64,000 nt of DNA from Macrostomum lignano (lineage: Eukaryota): the NCBI GenBank assembly GCA_002269645.1, contig NIVC01000672.1, positions 124,001 through 188,000 of the forward strand. Direction: 5' to 3'. The notes below the pieces were generated by a model, which saw only the letters and a program-made list of their open reading frames with translations, was not told the origin of the DNA and did no database searches. The translations under genes were made by a program, and so were the position numbers. This document shows positions 23,301 through 35,700 of the stretch, piece by piece. The stretch's first letter is position 1. Each line of letters opens with the position of its first letter.

Positions 23301-26300
23301 AAGACATTGTGTGGAAGAATTTTGCGCGCGGCTCTGGAGGACCAGCTTGGCAACTCTCTCCTACTTCTCCGATTGAATTTGTAACTCCCTGACTGCCCGG
23401 CCGTCTGTCCCATTCTTGACTGATTTGCAACGGGCTGGTGAGTGCGGGACCTTCTTTGCAGCTGCCTGTCATTGTTTGTGCGCATCTCAACTGTGTGCTC
23501 ACTTCACCATTGTTCTGACTTAGCTGGGGAAATATAGAATGAGTCTGTCAAACTCATTCTATGACATGACCTGGTTTGACAGACTCATTCTATATTTCCC
23601 CAGCTGAGTCAGTAGATCCAGGTCATAGAATGATTTCATAGAATGAGTCAGTAGCTCCGGGTCACACAGTCACAGAATGAGTCAGTAGATCTAGGTCTTG
23701 AAGTCATAGAATAAGTCATGTGGTCATATAATCTGAGTCATAGAAAGTTATAGAATCTGGGTCATGTGGTCATACAATGAATTAGAGGATCCGGGTCATG
23801 TGGTCATAGAATGAGTCAGTAGATCCAGGTCATGTGGTCATAGAATGAGTCAATGGGTCCAGGTCATGTGGTCATAGAATGAGTCAGTAGATCCAGGTCA
23901 TGTGGTCATAGAATGAGTCAGCGGATCATGCCAGGTGTTCAGTCAGCAGCGAGCTCATCGAGTCTCATCCCTGGCTATCCAACAAGACCCTCTTGTTGCA
24001 TTCTCCTCTTGTCCCCAGCTGCATCTCAAGTTGAGATCCTCCAATGCTGGCTAAAGTGGGGACCTCACAGCAGCAGCAGCGGTTTCGCTCCGCCGCCACC
24101 TGCCGCGCCGTCGACCTGGACTGCCTGTGGCCCTCAGCCCTGGTGCACACCTGCCATCAGCAGGGGAAACAGCAGCAGCAGCAGCAGCAGCCGAGCAAGC
24201 ACTCTGGGGTTTCATCCGCTCCCCAGGTCAGGATCCTGACGAGTCGGCCTCTGGGCCACCTGCCCGGAGTTCAAAAAGTCACCGCTGCAGATCCCGAGCT
24301 GTGCATGTGAGCCGGGAGTGACCCCAATGTGTGTGCATGTGAGTGAGCCGGGAGTGACCCCAATGTGTGTGCATGTGAGTGAGCCGGGAGTGACCCCAAT
24401 GTGTGTGCATGTGAGTGAGCTAGGAGTGACCACAGTGTGTGTGCATGTGAGTGAGCCGGGAGTGACTCCAGTGTGTGTGCATGTGAGTGAGCCGGGAGTG
24501 ACTCCAGTGCGTGTGCATGTGAGTGAGCCGGGAGTGACCACAGTGTGTGTGCATGTGAGTGAGCCGGGAGTGACTCCAGTGTGTGTGCATGTGAGTGAGC
24601 CGGGAGTGACTCCAGTGCGTGTGCATGTGAGTGAGCCGGGAGTGACCCCAATGTGTGTGCATGTGAGTGAGCCGGGAGTGACCCCAATGTGTGTGCATGT
24701 GAGTGAGCCGGGAGTGACTCCAGTGTGTGTGCATGTGTGAGCCGGGAGTGACCCCAATGGGTACAGAGAACCTGTGCCAGCTCCTGTGATATCAGCTACC
24801 CCAGGTACAGAGCACCTGTGCCAGCTCCCTGTGATATCAGCTACCCCAGGTACAGAGCACCTGTGCCAGCTCCCTGTGATATCAGCTACCCCAGGTACAG
24901 AGCACCTCTGCCAGCTCCTGTGATATCAGTTACTCCAGGTACAGAGCACCTGTGCCAGCTCCTGTGATATCAGCTACACCAGGTACAGAGCACCTGTGCC
25001 AGCTCCTGTGATATCAGCTACCCCAGGTACAGAGCACCTGTGCCAGCTCCTGTGATATCAGCTACCCCAGGTACAGAGCACCTGTGCCAGCTCCTGTGAT
25101 ATCAGCTACACCAGGTACAGAGCACCTGTGCCAGCTCCTGTGATATCAGCTACCCCAGGTACAGAGCACCTGTGCCAGCTCCTGTGATATCAGCTACCCC
25201 AGGTACAGAGCACCTGTGCCAGCTCCTGTGATATCAGCTACCCCCAGAGCACCTGTGCCAGCTCCTGTGATATCAGCTACCCCAGGTACAGAGCACCTGT
25301 GCCAGCTCCTGTGATATCAGCTACACCAGGTACAGAGCACCTGTGCCAGCTCCTGTGATATCAGCTACCCCAGGTACAGAGCACCTGTGCCAGCTCCTGT
25401 GATATCAGCTACCCCAGGTACAGAGCACCTGTGCCAGCTCCTGTGATATCAGTTACCCCAGGTACAGAGCACCTGTGCCAGCTCCTGTGATATCAGCTAC
25501 CCCAGGTACAGAGCACCTGTGCCAGCTCCTGTGATATCAGTTACCCCAGGTACAGAGCACCTGTGCCAGCTCCTGTGATATCAGCTACCCCAGGTACAGA
25601 GCACCTGTGCCAGCTCCCTGTGATATCAGCTACCCCAGGTACAGAGCACCTGTGCCAGCTCCCTGTGATATCAGCTACCCCAGGTACAGAGCACCTGTGC
25701 CAGCTCCTGTGATATCAGTTACTCCAGGTACAGAGCACCTGTGCCAGCTCCTGTGATATCAGCTACCCCAGGTACAGAGCACCTGTGCCAGCTCCTGTGA
25801 TATCAGCTACCCCAGGTACAGAGCACCTGTGCCAGCTCCTGTGATATCAGCTACCCCAGGTACAGAGCACCTGTGCCATCTCCTGTGATATCAGCTACCC
25901 CAGGTACAGAGTACCTGTGCCAGCTCCTGTGATATCAGCTACCCCAGGTACAGAGCACCTGTGCCAGCTCCTGTGATATCAGTTACCCCAGGTACAGAGC
26001 ACCTGTGCCAGCTCCTGTGATATCAGCTACCCCAGGTACAGAGCACCTGTGCCAGCTCCCTGTGATATCAGCTACCCCAGGTACAGAGCACCTGTGCCAG
26101 CTCCCTGTGATATCAGCTACCCCAGGTACAGAGCACCTGTGCCAGCTCCTGTGATATCAGTTACTCCAGGTACAGAGCACCTGTGCCAGCTCCTGTGATA
26201 TCAGCTACCCCAGGTACAGAGCACCTGTGCCAGCTCCTGTGATATCAGCTACCCCAGGTACAGAGCACCTGTGCCAGCTCCTGTGATATCAGCTACCCCA

Positions 26301-29300
26301 GGTACAGAGCACCTGTGCCATCTCCTGTGATATCAGCTACCCCAGGTACAGAGTACCTGTGCCAGCTCCTGTGATATCAGCTACCCCAGGTACAGAGCAC
26401 CTGTGCCAGCTCCTGTGATATCAGTTACCCCAGGTACAGAGCACCTGTGCCAGCTCCTGTGATATCAGCTACCCCAGGTACAGAGCACCTGTGCCATCTC
26501 CTGTGATATCAGCTACCCCAGGTACAGAGCACCTGTGCCAGCTCCCACAGAGATTTCCCAAGCAGCTGTGTCCGTGAAGAGCGGCACCTCTTTCCCGGCC
26601 AACTTTCCATTTCCTGCTGCCCGTACCCTGGGGGAGCTCAGAATTTCAGTTTTTCTATTTCCCCGGCTGGTCTTCCCGCTCCGCTGAGGCCGCATCGCCG
26701 CCCCCGCCACCGCCTGTTGCCATGGGCTCAGGCGCCTCCCGGTCGCACCCCCGCCCGATCCCAGCCTCTCCCCCTTCATCGCCTCTCCCTCTCCCGTCTC
26801 CTGGAGGCTCCTCACGTCGCAAAACCCTTAGCTGACATTGTTTTAGCAGCCTCCCAGTGGGATAAAATCCCAACTCCCAGCCCACAGAAATTTCCCAGCA
26901 GCTGTCTCTCCCCATTTCCCCCCGGCGGGAAAATAACAAAATTCAGGCCCTCCAAAGTCCCGCTGCTTCAGCAGCTCATGAGCAGCTCTGATCCGCACTG
27001 AGCTGACCGCCCGGATGCAGTCCGGAGTCTGGCAGCCGCGAAGGCGGTTTCCGAGAAAGCTGCCCGCCCTGCTGGGCCAGCAGCAGCGGGAGGCCTGGCT
27101 GGCCGGCTGGGTGAACCTGCCGTATGACAGCGCCAGGCTGGACTTCAGGCAGACACCGACGCCTGGGGAGCAGGCATTCAGCTACCGGCTGTCCCTGTGC
27201 CAGTGAGTGACTCTCTCTGGTGTGTCTCACTGTGGTGTGACTCTCTCTGGTGTGTCTCACTGTGCTGTGACTCTCTCTGGGGTGACTCTCTCTGGTGTGT
27301 CTCACTGTGGTGTGACTCTCTCTGGTGTGATTCTCTCTGGTGTGACTCTCTCTGGTGTGTCTCACTGTGGTGTGACTCTCTCTGGTGTGTCTCACTGTGG
27401 TGTGATTCTCTCTGGTGTGACTCTCTCTGGTGTGTCTCACTGTGGTGTGATTCTCTCTGGTGTGACTCTCTCTGGTGTGTCTCACTGTGGTGTGACTCTC
27501 TCTGGTGTGTCTCACTGTGGTGTGACTCTCTCTGGTGTGTCTCACTGTGGTGTGACTCTCTCTGGTGTGTCTCACTGTGGTGTGACTCTCTGGTGTGTCT
27601 CACTGTGGTGTGACTCTCTCTGGTGTGTCTCACTGTGGTGTGACTCTCTCTGGTGTGTCTCACTGTGGTGTGACTCTCTCTGGTGTGTCTCACTGTGGTG
27701 TGACTCTCTCTGGGGTGACTCTCTCTGGCGTGATTCTCTCTGGTGTGACTCTCTCTCGTGTGACTCTCTCTGGTGTGACTCCCTTTGGTGTGACTCTCTC
27801 TCGTGTGACTCTCTCTGGTGTGACTCTCTCTGGTGTGACTCTCTCTGGTGTGACTCTCTCTGGCGTGATTCTCTCTGGCGTGATTCTCTCTGGTGTGACT
27901 CTTTCTGATGTGACTCTCTGTGGTGTGACTCTCAATGATGTGACTCTGTCGTGCGAAGCTTTCTAGTGGCTCACTCTGGCGTGAATGACACCGGGTGTGA
28001 CTCTGTGGTGTGACAGTTAGTGGGACAGAGCGGCTCAGTGAAAAACGCGCCTGACTCTCGCCCGCGACCCCTGGCTCGGTTCCATGCGCGGCCAAACTCA
28101 TTTGGGGCTGTGCGCGAAAACTGATTGTGGGGTTGTCGTGAGATTCTCTGTTACGAATCACCTTTTTACAAACCTATAAAGTGCTGCCTGCTAATAATGT
28201 AAAGTAGGCAAAACTCTGGTGACTACCATTCATGGCGCGCTGGGATGCCAGCCACCTACTATGAGTAGCCATGCGAGCCTGTCGCGTCCTATTTTAACAA
28301 TTGATTGACTTTGCAATCACAGCCCCACCTCGGAGAGTTAATTCGATGCCGTGATTTACAACCTGCTATTATGTGCCACTCAGCCCGCCACTACCAACTG
28401 TTCATCAGCAGAAACCAATTATTTATAATTACCAATCGCAGCTAATAATTAAACTTGTCATAAAAATTACTGTGTCGCCGCTAGCATGCACGCTACGCCA
28501 CATTGAGCGAGTGAATTAATTGCAGCAATTGGCTCTCGAAGTTTTGCTTGACAGCTTAATGACCGGGAGAGGTGAGAGAGAGGTGAGAGACAGTCCCGCA
28601 CCTCCAGCTGGGTTTTCCTGTACCCTGCCTGCCCCCTGGACAGTGAGAGTCTCCTGCGCATTGGGCGCAGGCTGGAAGCAAGTGGGCTGGCAGAGCGGCG
28701 AAAGTGACTGACTGGGTCGGCTGGTTCTGAACTTGAGGAGACGCCACTGCACTTAAACCACCGGCCGCTCCACCTCAGAGACTTCTTCTTTCGTGGCTTT
28801 GTTTGCTGCAGTCTCGCTTCTCAAACACAGTCTCTGCAGCCTACCAGCAACGATTTGGCTTCTGCAATTTCTGCTTTAAAGAAAAGAAAGCTGCCAAAGT
28901 CTGCTGAGCTTAGCGCAACAGCCTGAACCCTGCACAGGCCTGAACCCTGAAAAAGACTGAACCCTGCACAAGCCTGAACCCTGCACAAATCTGAACCCTG
29001 CACAAGCCTCAACCCTGCACAAGCCTGAACCCTGCACAAATCTGAACCCTGCACAAGCCTGAACCCTGCACAAGCCTGAACCCTGCACAAGCCTGAACCC
29101 TGCACAAGACTGAACCCTGCACAAGCCTGAACCCTGCACAAGCCTGAACCCTGCACAAGCCTGAACCCTGCACAAGCCTGAACCCTGCACAAGCCTGAAC
29201 CCTGCACAAGACTGAACCCTACGCAAACCCGAGTCGCCATGTCAGACCGGCTGGCACCAAGCGAGTCAGCAGCCGCCCTGCCCTACCTGCCGCCCGCCAG

Positions 29301-31555
29301 CCTGTGGTCCAACCGGGTGCAGAGCAATGTGTACTTTTACCGGTTCTGGAACTCCAGCTTAGCGCCGCCGATCCCCGACGCCGCCAACCTGCCGGAGATC
29401 TGCGGCTTCAGGGGAGGGTGAGGCGGGTAAAGCGGGGCCGGCCCCCTGAGTTACTCATTGTTAGACACGCGTACCCTCTGTGTCTCATGGACAGCAGCAC
29501 TGTATCACTGTGTCCACAGTGATGCGCTGACGTCTTTGGCGATCGATTTCTGCGGGCCCGATTCCGAGACAATGTTGTCCGGCCTGATGAGGCAGCTCAG
29601 CTTCTCAGGCCCGGCCGCGTCTAAGCTAATTAATAATTAATTAACTCCGCAGTTGCCCCGGGTAAAGCAAAGGGAGAACAGGTAGGGATGCGCAGGTAAG
29701 GCCAGTGTGACAGGAGCTTTGCCGCTCATTGAGCGGGCGGTCATTGGCCCCACCGTGAAACAGCTGAAGGTAAAGGGCTGAGCTCCCAGGCTCAGTCTCG
29801 GATCCCGCAGCTGTTTCACTCCTCATCCAAAGCGATTCCCATGGCGAGCCTGGCACTGAGGATGCAGGAGCGGCCCAGGTGAGTGCGGGGGCCGATCAGG
29901 CAGAAGCAGCAGCAGGAGCACCAGAAGCAGAAGAGGGGACAAAGTAACAGACTGTCGGGTAACTAAAGGGAGAGGCTAGGTGATCTTTAAGTTTCTCTCA
30001 ACACCAAGCAGCCTCCGCGTTATCTGGGGATTCTTCCATGGACTGCTACATACGTAGCAAGGACATGGACCGCTAAACTGGACGGTTTTACGGCTCTCTC
30101 TCTCTTATGCACAATCAGGCACTGGATCCCTAAGTGTCTATGGCTCTACCCATAAGAAATGAGCTCTAATAAAGCTAATTTGTACTTTTGCACTACTGAC
30201 AGTGGTATCTAGTCAGTAGACTGTTTGGACATGACTGGAGTAATTAACAATTGATTTCAATTTACACACAGAAGCGGCATCACTCAGCCGGCCGCCTCCC
30301 GGCCGTCCTTTGGTGGCGTCAGCGGCGGCGACATTCCAGACGATGTCGGCGGCGCCCGCCCGACCTCCAGGGAGCGGCGCAGGGAGCGGCGGCTGCTGGC
30401 GGCCAGTCAGCTGGGCGACACCCCCGACTGGAGCGGCGGCAGGCAGCAGCGCCAGCTTCGCCGGCTTCAGCAGCTCAAGCAGCAGGAGATGCCGGTCGCC
30501 CAGCAGCTGCAAGCGGCCGCCGAGCTGGAGATCCGCACCACCCAGTCGCTGATTTTGCCGAGGGGCCGCGGAGCCGAGCTGGAGGCCTCGGGACAGGCGG
30601 GAAAATCTGGCCTGGCGCCCTGCATCTCCACTGTGGGCAGGAATTGTGAGTGACCCACCCGCCTGTGACCCACCCACCTGTGACCCACCTGCACCTCTGT
30701 GACCCACCTGCACCTCTGTGACCCACCTGCACCTCTGTGACCCACCTGCACGGCTGCACCTCTGTGACCCACCTGCACCTCTGTGACCCACCTGCACCTC
30801 TGTGACCCACCTGCACCTCTGTGACCCACCTGCACCTCTGTGACCCACCTGCACCTCTGTGACCCACCTGCACCTCTGTGACCCACCTGCACCTCTGTGA
30901 CCCACCTGCACCTCTGTGACCCACCTGCACCTCTGTGACCCACCTGCACCTCTGTGACCCACCTGCAGCTGTGTAACTCAATAACCAGACAGCCCTGTGC
31001 TCCAATAGCCCATGTCCGAACTGCAAAAGTACAATTTGTACTTTTCCAGCCTCAGTGGCTGACAGCGGCCCAGCATTCTCCATTGCCGGCCTGCTGCCGC
31101 CAGCGGCGCCACCGGCCACGCAGCAGCAGCAGCAGCAGCAGCAGGCGGTAGAATCATTAGCAGCGACTTCCCAGCCGCAGCCGCAGGCGGAGCGGCAGTC
31201 CAGGCGCAGGCGGAGTCCCGGAGCAGCGGCGCCTGCAGCGCTACCGCAGCATCAGCGCCGAAACCCGCCAGCACCTGCAGCCGCAGCCGTCGCCGGCCCC
31301 AGCCGCTGCTCGGCCGCTTCGGTGCCGGAGTCCCCGCCGGGCCTTCTGGCGGCCTCGGCGTCCCCTCCGGACTTCCTGTACCCGGACCCCGGCGCCGTCT
31401 CTGCCTCATCCGGCGCGGTGTCCGCCCCGGTGCCCGTGTTCTTCGCCCAGCGCCTGGCCGAGATGGCCCTCCTGGTGGCCGAGACTGTCCGCTTCGAGCG
31501 GCTCCGACCGCCACCGCGGATGGGCCGCCGGCCACCGGCGCCTCAGCTGAAGTGA
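17374..31555 (+). CDS. Multi-exon protein with poly-Ala/Gly N-terminus, RRM-like domains and C-terminal eh1-like motif (model partly unresolved)
   Basis: Phase-consistent exons 17374-17913, 18029-18263, 19584-19944 (NVYITSLPY and SAQVEFHRSEDAESLI resemble RNP2/RNP1). A second phase-consistent run is ~29256-29417, 30272-30645, 31050-31555 (FSIAGLL). Probable exons at ~24050-24300 and ~26990-27202 could not be joined unambiguously, so this could be two genes. Confidence 0.6.
18274..19408. repeat. Homogeneous 15-bp minisatellite (TGCGGGATCTGGGAC), ~75 copies, intronic
   Basis: Sequence lines are identical across the array. It begins ~10 nt after the donor at 18264. Confidence 0.97.
19960..20405. 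repeat. Degenerate ~11-bp minisatellite (TCTTCAGGATG)
   Basis: Starts just after the donor at 19945. Confidence 0.9.
21328..22770. repeat. 24-bp minisatellite (ACACCTAGATACCTAGGCACACAG), ~60 copies
   Basis: The 8-aa YLGVCVPR periodicity in the ORF track confirms a 24-bp unit. Confidence 0.97.
23515..23612. repeat. Near-perfect inverted repeat (39-bp stem, 20-nt loop) followed by a ~34-bp tandem repeat to ~23930
   Basis: 23522-23553 is the exact reverse complement of 23574-23605. It extends 7 bp further with one mismatch. Confidence 0.9.
24302..24760. repeat. 36-bp minisatellite (GTGAGTGAGCCGGGAGTGACCCCAATGTGTGTGCAT), ~12 copies
   Basis: 12-aa periodicity in the ORF track. Confidence 0.95.
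24760..26545. repeat. 44-bp minisatellite (GGTACAGAGCACCTGTGCCAGCTCCTGTGATATCAGCTACCCCA), ~40 copies
   Basis: Period measured at 25114 to 25158. Confidence 0.97.
27205..28010. repeat. Compound 15/30-bp minisatellite (GTGACTCTCTCTGGT / GTGTCTCACTGTGGT)
   Basis: Begins directly after the donor at 27203. Confidence 0.95.
28920..29222. repeat. 17-bp minisatellite (GCCTGAACCCTGCACAA)
   Basis: Direct reading. Confidence 0.95.
30650..30966. repeat. 19-bp minisatellite (GTGACCCACCTGCACCTCT)
   Basis: Fills the intron 30646-31049. Confidence 0.95.
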
Positions 31556-32361
31556 CGCCCTGCACTTTCCAGAGCCCCCCTTGAGCTCCTCCTTGAACGC
31601 AATCTTGAGCTGTCAACAATACCAAATTAAAAGCAATTAATAAATTCACTAAAAGCAAACACATTTTGCAGTTTTGCAGTTAAAACAGTTTTGCGTAACA
31701 TGCTACTTGTTTTTCTCGGCAAGTCAGTAGTGCAAAGCTCCAATGGAATCCTATCGTTGCCGCACTCTCGTCTCCTCGTGAACACAGAGATGGAGAGAGT
31801 TGCTCAGTGTTTGAGTGGCAGCCTGTCCTGCAGCCCCCTGGCCCCGCATCGATTGAGACAAAGCGCCAGATTGTAAAAGTACACTGCGGGCTGAGGCCTC
31901 AGTCTGTGCGGCGGGCGAGACCAGCCAGACAGACTGGTAAACAAGTCCTAAGCAGCTGGGCCTTGGCGCTTCCCCTCAGCCGGCAGCTCTTTGTCCTTGG
32001 CCCATCCTGCCCCACTTAGTGACACGAGTCCATCCCAGTCCCAGCACTGGAGCTGTCTGCAGCGCGTCCGCCACTCCCGACAAATCTTTGAGGGCTCCGC
32101 ACTCTTAATCCGATATGAGCTCGGCTGCAGTTGCTGAGAGCCTCCACGCCTCCTCCCAAACCCCCTCCGCCGTTCGATAAGGCGGGGGGCGCCGGCTAGT
32201 GAGCGGTCCTCTCTCTGCAGCCAGCTGACACTCGGCCTCTGCGCAGCGATCGCTTGCTGGCTTTAGTGCAGGGGACAGAGACAGAGTGCAGCAGGCAGAC
32301 AGACAGACACTACTATTGACTGCTACTTCAGTATTTGAGTCAAGTGATGATGTGACATTTG

Positions 32362-32784
<423 letters not shown>

Positions 32785-32792
32785 CTCTTACG

Positions 32793-35700
32793 ACTGTCTG
32801 TGTGTTTAGCGGGACCTGAGTTATGTTAATGCGTTACGTGGACCACGCAATTCCGGTTAAAAAATAGAGTCTGTTTTGACAACGCGAAAGGCTAGCTAGG
32901 GTTATCTTTTTGTTAACTTGACGGAATAGCCAGTTCGGGGAAACTGTGGTGGTTCACTAACTACGTTTTGGGGACCGGGTTAGGTGGACCGCAAAAAAAC
33001 AGTTGGTTTAGTTAGACCTCTTTCGTTGTAGAAAATTTATTGCTTTAAACTGTTCTTTTGAACTAATTAAAACAGAAATTCTCAAAAAGAACAGATAAAA
33101 GGGTTACGACGTCATTTAATGAAAATATCCCAAGTTCAAACCAATTTATTTAGCATTACTAATCGGGTTAATCGGGTTAAACAAATGTACGATCGCATTA
33201 GTTAGTTGCGTCGCGTGAATACAAGAAGGTGAATGAAAATAAAGCATTTTGAAAATAAATACCGAATCATATCAAATACTAACTGTAAACTCATTAAAAC
33301 TAATTTAGGTCAAAATGTATGCTTCAAATACATGTTAACAAACGTAAGATTCCATTAGTTAAAAAAGGTCATCCGAGTACGAGCCTACAAGAAGTTGAAG
33401 GGCATTTTTAATAACGACAAAAGTTACTAAAACTGAAATTAAATTGATTTGACTACATCAGTCCTATTATACTGAATGAGTTGGTGAGCAATCATATGAT
33501 AAGCCAATCATTTTACCGACTTTCATCTTTTCGTTCACGCAGATGATGGCTTAATCTTCTTATTTTTTCTACGAAATATTCTCCTGGACCTTCCCTGCCT
33601 CCGTGGTCAGGGACCGCTTCTGTTATTGATCTGTCATTGCCTCTCTCACGAATTTCAGCTTACTCAGCCATCGAATCCGCTTTCGTCAGCTCAGCTCTAT
33701 GATGAACCTTTCTATATTTCTCGTCAATTAGTGGTTTGAATCTTCTTTTACAGTTCGTTTTAACCTTCATCTCGGTGAAACGCAGTCAGTCTCGTCGAGC
33801 TCAGGCGAACAAAATCAACCACAGGCTCCTACAAAGGTAGAAAATAAAATTAACTGACAATCAAACAGACACAGAAATCTGTTCCAGTTGTGTCTGTAGG
33901 TTATGTGGACCACCTGAGAGCCAGAGCCTCAAACAAACAGAGAAATCTGTTCGAGTTGTGTCTGTGAGTGAGGTGAACCACCTTCTGAGAGCCAAAGCCT
34001 CAAACAGATTGAGAGAGCTGCTTCAGTTGTGTCTATAGGTTATGTGGACCACCTAAGAGCCAGAGCCTCAAACAGACAGAGAAATCTGTTCGAGTTGTGT
34101 CTGTAGGTTAGGTGGACCAGCTATTCTACAGCACTTCTAGGCGATAATCTGAGCCAGGAATCTCCGAGAGCCTCTCGTTACACATCCAGATGTTCTGCCT
34201 TGATGCTGGACTAGCTCACTTTCTAGGAATCTGTTCTGATTGCATACTAACAAACTGAAGCATTCTCGGCACTAAACTTTCTCGGCGGCTCTGAGAGCCA
34301 GAGCCTCAAACAGACAGAGAAATCTGTTCGAGTTGTGTCTGTAGGTTAGGTGGACCAGCTACTGAGAGCCAAAGCCTCAAACAGACTGAGAGAGCTGCTT
34401 CAGTTGTGTCTGTAGGTTATGTGGACCACCTAAGAGCCAGAGCCTCAAACAGACAGAGAAATCTGTTCGAGTTGTGTCTGTAGGTTAGGTGGACCAGCTA
34501 TTCTACAGCACTTCTAGGCGATAATCTGAGCCAGGAATCCCCGAGAGCCTCTCGTTACACATCCAGATGTTCTGCCTTGATGCTGGACTAGCTCACTTTC
34601 TAGGAATCTGTTCTGATTGCATTCTAACAAAATGAAGCATTCTTGGCACTAAACTTTCTCGGCGGCTCTGAGAGCCAGAGCCTCAAACAGACAGAGAAAT
34701 CTGTTCGAGTTGTGTCTGTAGTTTAGGTGGACCAGCTATTCTACAGCACTTCTAGGCGATAATCTGAGCCAGGAATCTCCGAGAGCCTCTCGTTACACAT
34801 CCAGATGTTCTGCCTTGATGCTGGACTAGCTCACTTTCTAGGAATCTGTTCTGATTGCATTCTAACAAACTGAAGCATTCTCGGCACTAAACTTTCTCGG
34901 CGGCTCTGAGAGCCAGAGCCTCAAACAGACAGAGAAATCTGTTCGAGTTGTGTCTGTAGGTTAGGTGGACCAGCTATTCTACAGCACTTCTAGGCGATAA
35001 TCTGAGCCAGGAATCTCCGAGAGCCTCTCGTTACACATCCAGATGTTCTGCCTTGATGCTGGACTAGCTCACTTTCTAGGAATCTGTTCTGATTGCATTC
35101 TAACAAACTGAAGCATTCTCGGCACTAAACTTTCTCGGCGGCTCTGAGAGCCAGAGCCTCAAACAGACAGAGAAATCTGTTCGAGTTGTGTCTGTAGGTT
35201 AGGTGGACCAGCTACTCCACAGCACTTCTAGGCGATAATCTGAGCCAGGAATCTCCGAGAGCCTCTCGTTACACATCCAGATGTTCTGCCTTGATGCTGG
35301 ACTAGCTCACTTTCTAGGAATCTGTTCTGATTGCATTCTAACAAAATGAAGCATTCTTGGCACTAAACTTTCTCGGCGGCTCTGAGAGCCAGAGCCTCAA
35401 ACAGACAGAGAAATCTGTTCGAGTTGTGTCTGTAGGTTAGGTGGACCAGCTATTCTACAGCACTTCTAGGCGATAATCTGAGCCAGGAATCTCCGAGAGC
35501 CTCTCGTTACACATCCAGATGTTCTGCCTTGATGCTGGACTAGCTCACTTTCTAGGAATCTGTTCTGATTGCATTCTAACAAACTGAAGCATTCTCGGCA
35601 CTAAACTTTCTCGGCGGCTCTGAGAGCCAGAGCCTCAAACAGACAGAGAAATCTGTTCGAGTTGTGTCTGTAGGTTAGGTGGACCAGCTACTGAGAGCCA

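Noticed and set aside
21289-28161. Repetitive ORFs (YLGVCVPR, VSEPGVTP, RESHT, etc.)
   Set aside because: Translations of minisatellites in several frames and on both strands.
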